Below, in pieces: positions 19,375 through 28,824 of a stretch of DNA of 64,000 nucleotides. Source of the stretch: Minisyncoccota bacterium (GTDB lineage Bacteria > Patescibacteriota > Minisyncoccia > Phycocordibacterales > UBA918); NCBI GenBank assembly GCA_040879435.1, contig JBBDKG010000017.1, forward strand, positions 2,060-66,059. Direction: 5' to 3'. Position 1 is the first letter of the stretch. Each line of letters opens with the position of its first letter. A program made the position numbers and the translations under genes. The notes beneath the pieces were generated by a model. The model worked only from the letters and a program-made list of their open reading frames with translations, had not been told where the DNA came from and searched no databases.

Positions 19375-21816
19375 CTAACCTCCGGTGACCAGATTGAGGA
19401 TTCGGTTCGGCACGTAGATCACCTTCATGATCTCCTTCCCTTCAAGATGCCGCAGTACGTCCGGATCAGCCTGCGCAGCACTGACCACGTCCTTCTCAGC
19501 GGCATCACGGGAGATGGTAACAGAGCCGCGGTGCCTGCCGTTGACCTGCACGCCGATGGTGACGGTGGATTCGGTCAGTTTGCTTTCGTCTACCTCCGGG
19601 AATGGCTGTTCATGGATCGAATAGTCATTTCCAAGCCGTTCCCAGAGCTCCTCGGTTATGTGCGGAGCGAACGCGGCAAGTAGCTTGAGAAATGTTCCAT
19701 AGCTGGCTTTTGTGACCCCTTGCTCTTCTGCAGCATTCAAGAAGATCATCATGGCACTCACTGCCGTATTGAACTTGAACGATTCGATGTCGTCCGCGAC
19801 CTTCTTGATGGTCTTATGGAGCAACACAGTGACGGCTTCCGGTTCAGTGTCACTGAGATGATCCGAAAGACCATACACACGTTCAAGGAACCGCTGTGCA
19901 CCGACGAGTCCGTTGGTACTCCATGCGGTAGTGTTCTCGAATGGTCCCATGAACATTTCGTATACCCGGATCGTGTCCGCGCCGTGTTGTGCGACGATAT
20001 CATCAGGATTAATGACATTCCCCCACCGCTTGGACATCTTCCGTCCGTCTTCTGCAAGAATGAACCCCAGAAATTCCAATCGCTCGAACGGTTCTATGGT
20101 ATGAACTACACCTATATCGTAGAGGAACTTATGCCAGAAGCGTGCGTAGATAAGGTGCCGTACAGCATGATCCCCACCTACATACACATCAACCGGCGCC
20201 CACTTCTTCTCCTTCTTTGGGTCGATGAGAGCCGTTTCATTCTTGGGATCGATGAAGCGGAGGTAGTACCACGAAGAACCTGCCCACTGGGGCATGGTGT
20301 TGGTCTCCCGCTTTGCCGGTCCGTCGCAGGTTGGGCACGACACATTCACCCACTCATCGATAGCGGCAAGTGGTGATTCGCCTGTTCCGGTCGGTTCGTA
20401 GTGTTCAACTTCAGGGAGTGTGACCGGAAGCTGGTCCTCAGGCACCGGCACCACACCGCATTTCTCGCAATGAATAACCGGGATCGGCTCACCCCAGTAT
20501 CGCTGGCGTGAGAACACCCAGTCGTTCAAACGATATGTTGAGGTGAGTTTCCCGCCAACCTTTTTAGTGATGGCTGCCTTTGCTTCTTCTGAGTTCATGC
20601 CGTCGAATTCGCCGGAGTTAATCAGCGGACCTGCTCCATCGAATGGCAAAGAGTGAGGCGTGTCTACTACCTGAACTATTGGTATCAAGAATTTTCGTGC
20701 AAACGCAAAATCACGTTCATCATGCGCCGGCACAGCCATGATGGCGCCAGTGCCGTAGCCTGCAAGTACATAGTCCGCAACAAAAACAGGAATCTTTTCA
20801 CCGTTTGCCGGATTGATCGCCACAACTCCCTTCACTTCCACACCCGTCTTCTCTTTCTCAGCATTCGTGCGCTCGATCTCCGTCTTCTGCTGAGCGGCAG
20901 CGACGTACGCTTTCACTTCTTTCTTGTTCTTTAGAACGTCATGCGAATCGTCAATGGCCAACGTCACCCAAGGATGCTCAGGGGCAAGGACCATGTATGT
21001 TGCTCCATACAGCGTATCGGGGCGAGTGGTGAACACTGGAAGAGCAGCTTTCTCTCCATTCGGGCCTCGGTTGCTATTTGCTTCCGGCTTGTGAGTGAAC
21101 TGCAATTCAAAATCGATCGTTGCCCCTTCACTCTTCCCGATCCAGTTGCGTTGCGCCTCCTTGATGTGCTCCGGCCACTTTTTGAGCGTATCGAGATCTG
21201 CAAGCATACGATCCGCATAGTCGGTGATCTTCAGAACCCACTGCCGCATCGGCCGTTTCTCCACCTGACTACCACACCGTTCACATGTCCCGTCATTCTC
21301 GAGGTCCTCGTTCGCAAGCCCTGTCTGACACGACGGACACCAGTTGATCGGCTCGTATGATTGATACGCAAGTCCTTTCTCAAGAAGCTTCAGGAAGATC
21401 CACTGGGTCCATTTGTAGTATGAAGGGTCGATCGTGTTGATCTCATGCTCCCAATCATAGTTAAAGCCGAGATGATCGAGTTGAGCCTTGAAGTTCGCGA
21501 TGTTCTTCTCAACTGCCACACGTGGATGCACTTTGTTCTTGATGGCAAAGTTCTCAGCTGGTAACCCGAACGCATCCCACCCCATCGGGTGCAAGATCTC
21601 GTACCCACTCATCTTCTTGAACCGAGAGTATATGTCGGTTGCGATGTATCCTTTCGGATGACCCACATGCAATCCGTCTCCTGACGGATACGGGAACATA
21701 TCAAGCACGAACATCTTCTCCTTCGCCGAATCAATATCGGTCCGGTAGAGACCGGATTCCTTCCACTTCGCCTGCCACTTCTTCTCAATTTCCTTGTGGT
21801 CAAAGGTGGTGTGCAT
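19375..21816 (-). CDS. leuS: Leucine--tRNA ligase
   Basis: MFPYPSG.GLHVGH, WVFSRQRYWGEPIP, KMSKR; start uncertain. Confidence 0.97.
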   Translation of the reverse strand: MHTTFDHKEIEKKWQAKWKESGLYRTDIDSAKEKMFVLDMFPYPSGDGLHVGHPKGYIATDIYSRFKKMSGYEILHPMGWDAFGLPAENFAIKNKVHPRVAVEKNIANFKAQLDHLGFNYDWEHEINTIDPSYYKWTQWIFLKLLEKGLAYQSYEPINWCPSCQTGLANEDLENDGTCERCGSQVEKRPMRQWVLKITDYADRMLADLDTLKKWPEHIKEAQRNWIGKSEGATIDFELQFTHKPEANSNRGPNGEKAALPVFTTRPDTLYGATYMVLAPEHPWVTLAIDDSHDVLKNKKEVKAYVAAAQQKTEIERTNAEKEKTGVEVKGVVAINPANGEKIPVFVADYVLAGYGTGAIMAVPAHDERDFAFARKFLIPIVQVVDTPHSLPFDGAGPLINSGEFDGMNSEEAKAAITKKVGGKLTSTYRLNDWVFSRQRYWGEPIPVIHCEKCGVVPVPEDQLPVTLPEVEHYEPTGTGESPLAAIDEWVNVSCPTCDGPAKRETNTMPQWAGSSWYYLRFIDPKNETALIDPKKEKKWAPVDVYVGGDHAVRHLIYARFWHKFLYDIGVVHTIEPFERLEFLGFILAEDGRKMSKRWGNVINPDDIVAQHGADTIRVYEMFMGPFENTTAWSTNGLVGAQRFLERVYGLSDHLSDTEPEAVTVLLHKTIKKVADDIESFKFNTAVSAMMIFLNAAEEQGVTKASYGTFLKLLAAFAPHITEELWERLGNDYSIHEQPFPEVDESKLTESTVTIGVQVNGRHRGSVTISRDAAEKDVVSAAQADPDVLRHLEGKEIMKVIYVPNRILNLVTGG

Positions 21817-21851
21817 AGTGTCCCTATTATGCATCGTTTTCATCATCCGTC

Positions 21852-21882
21852 AAAAACAAGAAGACGGTCCAATAGGACCGTC
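21852..21882 (-). terminator. Intrinsic terminator
   Basis: GACGGTCC/GGACCGTC stem with T-rich tail on the minus strand. Confidence 0.6.
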
Positions 21883-21893
21883 CTGACCACTCG

Positions 21894-22142
21894 CTACAGC
21901 GCAGCGCTGAGTTGCTCAACGAGCCACTCTTTGATCGCAGCAACTTGCTCCGGACTCAGTTCCTTGCGGTAGATAAACTGGATGTTTGCTCCGGTTACTT
22001 GAGCTTCCCCGCTTAAGCGTTCGTCGGCCTGGAACCAAGCTACAAAGTCCCCGGTTGGCAGGTAAACTTGAGTTCGCTGCGAGTTGGGTGGACTTGCGAC
22101 GCCTTCGCGTACTTCGAGTTCAAGTGCAACGAGTTTCTGCAT
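21894..22142 (-). CDS. Hypothetical protein
   Basis: 82-aa ORF with AGGAG SD and a downstream terminator. Confidence 0.65.
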   Translation of the reverse strand: MQKLVALELEVREGVASPPNSQRTQVYLPTGDFVAWFQADERLSGEAQVTGANIQFIYRKELSPEQVAAIKEWLVEQLSAAL

Positions 22143-22223
22143 CTGTTTCTCCTGTGTGCGTTCTAAAAATGTACTATAGCATTTTGCAAAGACTATGGGA
22201 CGAAGTAGGAAGCAATTTCGCCA

Positions 22224-22251
22224 TTGACAACTCGAATATCTGATGTATCTT
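22224..22251 (+). promoter_or_regulatory. Sigma70-type promoter
   Basis: TTGACA-16nt-TATCTT upstream of the alpha-CTD gene. Confidence 0.6.
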
Positions 22252-22288
22252 GCTCAGATACAGTTCTCCAGAAATAAGTGAGGTGCAA

Positions 22289-22645
22289 ATGCCCACGATG
22301 CTCGTTGACCATATGGAGGGGTGTACCCCCTTCGCTCCGTGCGTTTCATGCAAAGCCGCGGCTTTCTTAAGGTCAAAACTTTCTGAATCTGATCTCCAGC
22401 AACTGGCGGATATCCTCTATAGTCAACGCTCGAAGTACGATCGACCGATCGATCAGCTAGACCTGAGTCCGCGTACAGTTCAAGGTCTCACCTACCAGAA
22501 TCTTCGGACCGTAGGTGATCTTTTGAAGAAGAGTGAGGCTGAGCTCCTTCGTACTCCAAACTTCGGCCGCAAATCCCTAAACGAAGTCAAGACTGTACTG
22601 GCTTCGGAAGGATTGGCCCTCGGTCAGCTTGCGAACGATTCCTGA
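22289..22645 (+). CDS. Stand-alone RNA polymerase alpha-CTD domain protein with Cys/His N-terminus
   Basis: IDQLDLSPRT..RTVGDL..ELLRTPNFGRKSLNEVK..L.LG; GAGGTG SD before ATG at 22289. Confidence 0.88.
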   Translation: MPTMLVDHMEGCTPFAPCVSCKAAAFLRSKLSESDLQQLADILYSQRSKYDRPIDQLDLSPRTVQGLTYQNLRTVGDLLKKSEAELLRTPNFGRKSLNEVKTVLASEGLALGQLANDS

Positions 22646-22674
22646 CCCTGAATCGCATGACACAAGAATTGAAC

Positions 22675-22703
22675 AAGCCGCTCATCATTGATGGGCGGCT
22701 TTT
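22675..22703 (+). terminator. Intrinsic terminator
   Basis: AAGCCGCTCATC/GATGGGCGGCTT stem followed by T residues. Confidence 0.7.
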
Positions 22704-22753
22704 GCTAAGCCGCCTGAAACAAGATGCTCAAGCTGTCACCTTAGAGCAGGGTA

Positions 22754-23122
22754 TCAAGCTTCTCCGTGGTATACAGCTTCTATGTTGTTGCCGTCGGGAT
22801 CACGTACGAACGCAGCGTAGTATGTGGGGCTGTAGTCTTCTCGAATACCTGGTACACCATTGTCTGTCCCTCCAGCCGCAAGTCCTTCTCTATGAAATGT
22901 ATCGACAGCTTCTTTAGAGTTCACTTCAAAGCAAATATGCAATCCTGTGATTCCAGCTTTTCCAGTGTGTAAGTAGAATTCATAGGAATCATCAGCACCA
23001 TACCCAACAAATTCGTCGCTAGCATCAATCAACTCTAAACCAATCACAGGAGCAACTGCATCGTAAAAAGATTTTGCCTTTCCAATATCCTTCACCGGTA
23101 GCCCGATATGACCTAGTTTCAT
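22754..23122 (-). CDS. VOC/glyoxalase family protein
   Basis: HIGLPV.D..FY, HICF, DNG.PG.R, YYAAFVRDPDGNNIE. Confidence 0.93.
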   Translation of the reverse strand: MKLGHIGLPVKDIGKAKSFYDAVAPVIGLELIDASDEFVGYGADDSYEFYLHTGKAGITGLHICFEVNSKEAVDTFHREGLAAGGTDNGVPGIREDYSPTYYAAFVRDPDGNNIEAVYHGEA

Positions 23123-23252
23123 ATTTAGAGATTATATCAAAACCATGTTGTGCGTAACCGGACAGGGATTAAATCCACTACGTTTACGTCCCTTTGATTA
23201 AGTGGTATGGTTTCTTCGGTTCAGTTATCCAACAACATGGGGAGATACACTA

Positions 23253-24017
23253 ATGAAAGGCATAGTGGCCAAGACCTTTGTATACCCTATGAAGGGGTTG
23301 CATGGGATTGAAACTCCTTCTCGGGGCCTTGAAGCCCATACCCGCCTCGGTGTAGTGGGCGATCGAAACTTCGCTGTATTCCGCAAACAGCAGGATGCTC
23401 CAACGGCATGGAGGCCGAAAGGACAATTTCACGTTTGCGTGAATACCGAAGGAATGGCTCCGCCTCACGCTCTCACCGAGTCCGACCTTGATGGTCAGTT
23501 TCGTCCGGGATTGGAAAGAGTCCGGGAACTGTATAGCGAGCGTGGCGTACTCAACGAGACCACCATACTCGTGGACACAGAAGGGAAATGGCATTTATCC
23601 GATACCCCCAAGCCCTGCGTCTCCTTTCTGAATTTGGCCTCGGTAGCGGCGCTTGAAGAATTCATGGGTGCTGAAATCGATCCACACCGCTTTCGAATGA
23701 ACGTCTGGGTCGAAGGACTCGAACCTTTCGCTGAGTTGGAATACATCAAAGGCTTCGAGAACGGCAGTCTCTATCCTGCGCAAGTCCATGGCGTCCGCTT
23801 TGGCATCGACGACGTGTGTGAACGTTGCCGGGCAATAGAACAAAGTCCGGAATCGGGAACGTGGAATACGGAATTCCAGGCCTCGATCACTGCCTTGCTG
23901 AAGGAACGAGGATACGCCGGTTCCCCACATCGGGGCACGCTCGCTGTTATGGGATGGCTTGCCATTCCCGAGAACAACGACCTCATTCGGCAAGGTCATC
24001 AGGTCACGTTCGGCTGA
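23253..24017 (+). CDS. MOSC domain-containing protein
   Basis: YPMKG, GDRNFA, LNLASV..L, RFRMNVWVEG, CERC; GGAG SD. Confidence 0.85.
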   Translation: MKGIVAKTFVYPMKGLHGIETPSRGLEAHTRLGVVGDRNFAVFRKQQDAPTAWRPKGQFHVCVNTEGMAPPHALTESDLDGQFRPGLERVRELYSERGVLNETTILVDTEGKWHLSDTPKPCVSFLNLASVAALEEFMGAEIDPHRFRMNVWVEGLEPFAELEYIKGFENGSLYPAQVHGVRFGIDDVCERCRAIEQSPESGTWNTEFQASITALLKERGYAGSPHRGTLAVMGWLAIPENNDLIRQGHQVTFG

Positions 24018-24046
24018 TTTGTAGCCGACCACCTGATCAACTATAT

Positions 24047-24075
24047 AGACCGCTCCTCGTGAGCGGTCTTTCTTT
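24047..24075 (+). terminator. Intrinsic terminator
   Basis: AGACCGCTC/GAGCGGTCT stem followed by TTCTTT. Confidence 0.65.
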
Positions 24076-24099
24076 GGTCATCTGGTATAAAGTTGCAAC

Positions 24100-24423
24100 T
24101 TATTTTATGTGCTTAGGTCTAAGCTCTTGAATATCGTGAGCATCAAGTGCTTCATCTTCCATGTTTCTCTTTCGAGGTTCATGATGGTCAAGTTGTCCAG
24201 ATTTCTTTGCGATCTCCCACGCTTCATCTCGCTCTACATATCTTCCGGTGCTGGTAACAAACCCATCTTCAACTGAATCGTTAGAGTCATGCCAGTCGGG
24301 GTTGTTCTCCTCCATTTCTATAATGGCGTCCATGTGTGTTTTGCCAGTATATACCTCATCACGAAAGCGAACTGCTGAGGCTGCAATCTTCTCTCTGGTG
24401 AATTCTGGGCTCTCTAAACTCAT
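24100..24423 (-). CDS. Hypothetical protein, phage-like motif
   Basis: 'GFVTSTGRYVERDEAWEIA..SGQ' resembles a motif recalled from phage hypotheticals. Confidence 0.7.
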   Translation of the reverse strand: MSLESPEFTREKIAASAVRFRDEVYTGKTHMDAIIEMEENNPDWHDSNDSVEDGFVTSTGRYVERDEAWEIAKKSGQLDHHEPRKRNMEDEALDAHDIQELRPKHIK

Positions 24424-24460
24424 ATGAAAATTATATCAGACCTCAAACTTCCAAACCAAA

Positions 24461-24491
24461 CACCCGCCGGTCATATTATGACCGGCGGGTG
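24461..24491. terminator. 14-bp perfect hairpin / terminator
   Basis: CACCCGCCGGTCAT-ATT-ATGACCGGCGGGTG. Confidence 0.65.
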
Positions 24492-24503
24492 GTTAAACGC
24501 TCT

Positions 24504-25415
24504 TTAGTTCCCTGCTTCAACTTCCGGCGCAACTCGCTCAAAGCAAGTATGTCCGACCCCATGCTCCCAGTTGTAGTTCATCGGGTGGTATTTCGTGTCA
24601 TACATTGGCCGAGCAACAGAGGCATACTCATCGCGCATAGATTGACGCGCGAACGTTGCACACAGTTCATATGATTGCTCTCCAAGGACGGTGTACTCAT
24701 AGGTGCTACGGCCTTCAGGCGCCTTCGGTGCTGGGACTGATGTATAAAGTTCAGCGACCGAGTCCGGAAGAACTGCATTGGTGCGATAATGCTCTTCAAT
24801 ACGCCACTGCATATCCTGTAGGTCAGAGATCTGCTGCTGGTCAATACGCTGCTCGCGCACTTCAGCAGGACTATCGATGCTTGTGAAGCCAACCACAACT
24901 GCAGTCAGGACAAGTATGGTCGCTGCACCTGCATACATGAGTGCCTGTCGTTCGTGCGTTGTCCAGTACCCACGGGTATCAAGAATGTAATACTTGAGTG
25001 CCGCACTCACGATCACCAGAAGCGCACCTGCCTTCAAAAGGAAACGCATAGTGACCTCACCATTGAGGAATGCCCAGAGAACTGCAACAAGGTCACTAAG
25101 CAGGATCGCACTTCCCACGAACAATGAGAGGTAGATAAGCCATCGTGTGAGTGTGAGATACACACCGTGTTCCTTTCGCCGAATCTGGTTCACCATCCGT
25201 GTCAGAACGACGTATACAGGGAAGAACACAATGAGAGTTGCGAGACCAAAGCGAATACCACTCTGTGCGCTCTCGTACGCCCAGTATCCTGCAGCTGCAT
25301 CCGGATACGCGATATTGATAATACCGAACACGACCGCCACAAGTGCTGAGAGTGACGCGTAGAGCGCCACGAGTGCACCGAGCTGCAGGACAAAGTTCTT
25401 TGAGGTGTTTTCCAT
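24504..25415 (-). CDS. DUF5671-like multi-TM protein
   Basis: Five TMs, then SP..R..D...SDL and YELCATF, a pattern recalled from the CPR family. Confidence 0.75.
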   Translation of the reverse strand: MENTSKNFVLQLGALVALYASLSALVAVVFGIINIAYPDAAAGYWAYESAQSGIRFGLATLIVFFPVYVVLTRMVNQIRRKEHGVYLTLTRWLIYLSLFVGSAILLSDLVAVLWAFLNGEVTMRFLLKAGALLVIVSAALKYYILDTRGYWTTHERQALMYAGAATILVLTAVVVGFTSIDSPAEVREQRIDQQQISDLQDMQWRIEEHYRTNAVLPDSVAELYTSVPAPKAPEGRSTYEYTVLGEQSYELCATFARQSMRDEYASVARPMYDTKYHPMNYNWEHGVGHTCFERVAPEVEAGN

Positions 25416-25476
25416 AATGACCAGCTAGACCTAATAACTCATCTATTGTACTGCTTCATGAATCCTGCGCAAATAG

Positions 25477-25502
25477 AAAAGGCCGGCGATCTCTCACCGG
25501 CC
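25477..25502 (-). terminator. Intrinsic terminator
   Basis: GGCCGGTGA/TCGCCGGCC stem followed by TTTT on the minus strand. Confidence 0.65.
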
Positions 25503-25529
25503 CACCAGCATTTGTGCCGCAATATGGTG

Positions 25530-25667
25530 TCAGCCAAACAGCGCCAGGGTGAACGATTGATCACCCAAAATCACGAGATCCGCAATGAATATGAAAATCG
25601 CAAGCGCAATCGGCTTAGACCAGCTTATTCCCTGCCGCTTATACTCTTCTGTCCCCGTACCGCTCAT
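25530..25667 (-). CDS. 45-aa hydrophobic microprotein
   Basis: Manual translation MSGTGTEEYKRQGISWSKPIALAIFIFIADLVILGDQSFTLALFG; AAGGAG SD; terminator downstream. Confidence 0.6.
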   Translation of the reverse strand: MSGTGTEEYKRQGISWSKPIALAIFIFIADLVILGDQSFTLALFG

Positions 25668-25781
25668 TTAATTATGGCTCCTTTGTTGTTTGAACCCCGT
25701 CCCTAACCGCAGGCTACACCTATACCGTACATCTGTAAATGGAAACGTTGCGTATGCGTCTGTATGCAATACAATGTACCT

Positions 25782-26051
25782 ATGAAACCAGAGGATCTAA
25801 AGAAAGCACCGAAGTTGTTTTGTGAAAATATTCAGACCGGGTACTCGAACGAATACTTTGTCATTGGGTTGCAGAGCGGCCACCAGGCGCAGGCGTACGC
25901 GCTTTCTCCCGCACACACGAAGCGACTGATGCAGAAACTTGCCTATGAGCTGGAAGAGTTCGAAAAGAAACACGGAAAGATAACCGCGCAGTGGGACCCG
26001 AATGTGGTGAGCCCTGTTCAGAAAGCGAACCCACCTCTTGAGAGTAGCTAG
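25782..26051 (+). CDS. DUF3467-like small protein
   Basis: 'EYFVIG..LSPAHTKRL..L...EFEKKHGKI' pattern; TACAAT just upstream. Confidence 0.75.
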   Translation: MKPEDLKKAPKLFCENIQTGYSNEYFVIGLQSGHQAQAYALSPAHTKRLMQKLAYELEEFEKKHGKITAQWDPNVVSPVQKANPPLESS

Positions 26052-26587
26052 ACCGCAACCTTGTATCTATAGAAGCAGAGTGCAAAGAGGAAGAAAAAGA
26101 GACCTGCAGCAATGAATGGGAAGGTGACGAAGCCAAACTCAATGAATGTGACCTCAGCGCAGTCGCCGCCGGCGAGTGTGCAGTTGATGAGCTCTGTGTC
26201 ACTCACCTGGAGACGTACACCCAGCTGCAATAGATGCTGGTAGACAGCTACCAAGAACCCCACACCTGAAAGCACTGCGCCATACAGCGCGACCGTGGTA
26301 TCCCTCACATACAGTGCGGTCCCGAACAGGAACACCTGCGGATACAGGAAGGCTCGCTGGAGCCAGCACAGACTGCACGGTGTATACCCAAAGACCTCCG
26401 AGTATACAAGGGTCAAAACGGAACCAAAGGCAGTGAGCAGAAATACTGCGTAGAGCGCGTAGTCCCGCACAACACCCGCCAGTGCACGTCGTGTATACCA
26501 GTCGATTATGAGCACGGCGCCGCCGATCAGCATGCCGATAGCGGCAAGTGATGACAGCTGGTTTACGGTCTCAATGATGCTGAACAT
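26048..26587 (-). CDS. Disulfide bond formation protein DsbB/BdbC family
   Basis: PCSLCWLQR, second Cys pair, multiple TMs. Confidence 0.9.
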   Translation of the reverse strand: MFSIIETVNQLSSLAAIGMLIGGAVLIIDWYTRRALAGVVRDYALYAVFLLTAFGSVLTLVYSEVFGYTPCSLCWLQRAFLYPQVFLFGTALYVRDTTVALYGAVLSGVGFLVAVYQHLLQLGVRLQVSDTELINCTLAGGDCAEVTFIEFGFVTFPFIAAGLFFFLFALCFYRYKVAV

Positions 26588-26589
26588 AT

Positions 26590-27690
26590 CTAGCTATGCA
26601 TAAACTCTACCACGTCACCATCCTGCACAACATACTCCTTCCCCTCCGTTCGGAGGGTTCCCTGCTCGCGGGCTTTTGCAGTTGAGCCTGCTGCCACCAG
26701 GTCCTCGAAGGCTGTGACCTGTGCACGGATGAATTTTGTCTTGAAGTCAGTATGAATGGCCGCACCTGCGTCCGGTGCAGTGCTTCCTCTCCTGACCGTC
26801 CACGCTCGGGTCTCTTTCTCGCCGGTGGTGAAGAATGAGATAAGGCCCAAGAGCGTATAGCATGCACGGATGAGTGAATCGATGCCACTCGCCTGCGAAC
26901 CGTACTCCCGGCGAAATTCATTCTTCTCAGACTCCTCAAGATCCTTCAACTCATGCTCGACACCTGCGTCAACTATGACGTACGCAGAACCGCTTGTTTC
27001 AAAGAATTCAACCAGCTCCTTCCACCGATCGTCGTTGGTCTCATCAAAGTTATATGCGTTGTGTTTCTTGTTGCAGACGTACAGAAATGGCTTCATGGTG
27101 AGCAGGTGGAGGGCTTGGACCAGCCCACGTTCTGCGTCAGTCATTTCAAACCCGTTCGCTAGTTTGCCACTCTCAAGGTGTGCCAGCAGTCTTTCAAGCA
27201 CTTCTTGCTCGGTCGCTGCCTCCTTGTCCCCACGCTTCACATCCCGTTCAAGATTCCCGATTCGCTTTGATACGGTCTCCGCGTCAGCCAGGATGAGTTC
27301 AAGGTTGATGACCTCGATATCGTGCATGGGGTCCACTGCACCGGAGACGTGGTGTACATCCGAGTCATCGAAGATACGTACTACCTCAGCGATCATATCA
27401 ACTTCTCTAATGTGTGAGAGGAACTTGTTGCCGAGTCCTTCACCAGACGCTGCACCCTGTACCAGCCCAGCTATGTCCACGAATTCGATGGCAGCGGGAA
27501 TGGTTTCAACAGATCCTGAGATAGTGGTGAGCGTATCGAGTCGGTCATCAGGCACGCCAACGATTCCCACTGATGGATCGATGGTACAGAACGGGTAGTT
27601 CTCTGCCGGTACGGCGCTTCGTGTGAGTGCATTAAAGAGCGTGGATTTTCCAACGTTCGGCAGCCCGACAATTCCAACACTCAATGACAT
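26590..27690 (-). CDS. ychF: Redox-regulated ATPase YchF
   Basis: GLPNVGKSTLFN, NYPFCTIDP, DIAGLV, EGKEYVVQDGD. Confidence 0.97.
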   Translation of the reverse strand: MSLSVGIVGLPNVGKSTLFNALTRSAVPAENYPFCTIDPSVGIVGVPDDRLDTLTTISGSVETIPAAIEFVDIAGLVQGAASGEGLGNKFLSHIREVDMIAEVVRIFDDSDVHHVSGAVDPMHDIEVINLELILADAETVSKRIGNLERDVKRGDKEAATEQEVLERLLAHLESGKLANGFEMTDAERGLVQALHLLTMKPFLYVCNKKHNAYNFDETNDDRWKELVEFFETSGSAYVIVDAGVEHELKDLEESEKNEFRREYGSQASGIDSLIRACYTLLGLISFFTTGEKETRAWTVRRGSTAPDAGAAIHTDFKTKFIRAQVTAFEDLVAAGSTAKAREQGTLRTEGKEYVVQDGDVVEFMHS

Positions 27691-27757
27691 AGTGGCGTTA
27701 GCGTATCAGAAATTAGAAAAAGAAAAAGCCGCGCGGTTGCCCACGCGGCTCGATCGA

Positions 27758-28096
27758 TCACCCGGTCACCAGATCCCAGGCTTTTATCCTTTCAGGAACG
27801 TCCGGATTCTTTATGAAGTGATAGACCGGGTTTCGGCATATCTGAGGCACCATCTCGAACAGTCTGACATCGTTCGGCTCCGCATCAGAGCGTTCCCTTA
27901 GGAGGAACCGGGGAGTGCCACGATCGGTCAGAGGTGCCGCAAAGACCCCTTCGCGTATGTCCCCATTTCCATCCCGGTATGAGCGCACACAGCCGAATAC
28001 TCCTTCCGGGAAACGTTTGATCGCCTCCCGAGAGTGCTGAAGGAAACGACGAGCACGCGCGTCAGGTACGTCTGCGGTATTAAATGCAAAAGCCAC
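27758..28096 (-). CDS. Hypothetical protein
   Basis: GTG start at 28096 preceded by GAGGAGG SD; hairpin downstream. Confidence 0.55.
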   Translation of the reverse strand: MAFAFNTADVPDARARRFLQHSREAIKRFPEGVFGCVRSYRDGNGDIREGVFAAPLTDRGTPRFLLRERSDAEPNDVRLFEMVPQICRNPVYHFIKNPDVPERIKAWDLVTG

Positions 28097-28184
28097 TTTT
28101 TGGCCTCCTCTTGAGTAATGTACACATGGCCCTCCGCCACGCGAGACATGGTAGCACACAATCAATGCTGTTCAATAAGAGGCA

Positions 28185-28763
28185 CTATATACCCTTCTCA
28201 CCCAGATCAGCAATCTCTCCAAGCCAGTCTTCGCGACAGGTGTCAGACACGTGGTCACACGGACCATACGCAGATACCTTCGTTTTGATACCTGCAAATT
28301 CAAGGATGCCGTACTGGATCTCGTTTGTGTAGTCTCCGAACTTCCACCACGTTTTGAACGGACTGTGTGTACCGGCGACAATTACCACACGCGCAGTCTT
28401 TCCCTTAAGCCGTTGAATGAGCTTCTTAGTCTCCTTATCAAAATTGAATGCAAAACCCGGGAGCCACATTCGGTCAAATAGGCCTTTCAGAAGTGCCGGC
28501 ATCGTACACCACCAATTGGGGTATGCAATAAAGATATGATCGGCGTTGTTGATCTTCTCCTGAAGGAGGATAAGGTCAGGTTCCAGCTCCTGTATCTCTT
28601 TGTATCCTTTGTGCAGTATCGGATCAAAATCCAACTCACCGATGTTCACCCGCTCGACCTCATGTCCTGCCTCACGCGCTGCAGATTCGTATCGGTCAGC
28701 TATTCGTCCGGTGAAGGTGTCCTTGTCCGGGTTTCCTAGTATTACGAGGATCTTTTTTGCCAT
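28185..28763 (-). CDS. Flavodoxin-fold NAD(P)H-dependent oxidoreductase
   Basis: ILVILGNP, YPNWWCTMPALLKGLFDR, LKGKTA. Confidence 0.9.
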   Translation of the reverse strand: MAKKILVILGNPDKDTFTGRIADRYESAAREAGHEVERVNIGELDFDPILHKGYKEIQELEPDLILLQEKINNADHIFIAYPNWWCTMPALLKGLFDRMWLPGFAFNFDKETKKLIQRLKGKTARVVIVAGTHSPFKTWWKFGDYTNEIQYGILEFAGIKTKVSAYGPCDHVSDTCREDWLGEIADLGEKGI

Positions 28764-28824
28764 GTGTCTCAGTATACGTTCCAACGTGCAATGCTGAAAG
28801 CGTGTGGTGTGAAAAGCAGGTGCG

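Noticed and set aside
21850-25700. Orphan genes separated by hairpins as an integron cassette array
   Set aside because: The hairpins are unrelated in sequence, lack attC RYYYAAC/GTTRRRY ends, orientations are mixed and there is no intI; they fit ordinary terminators
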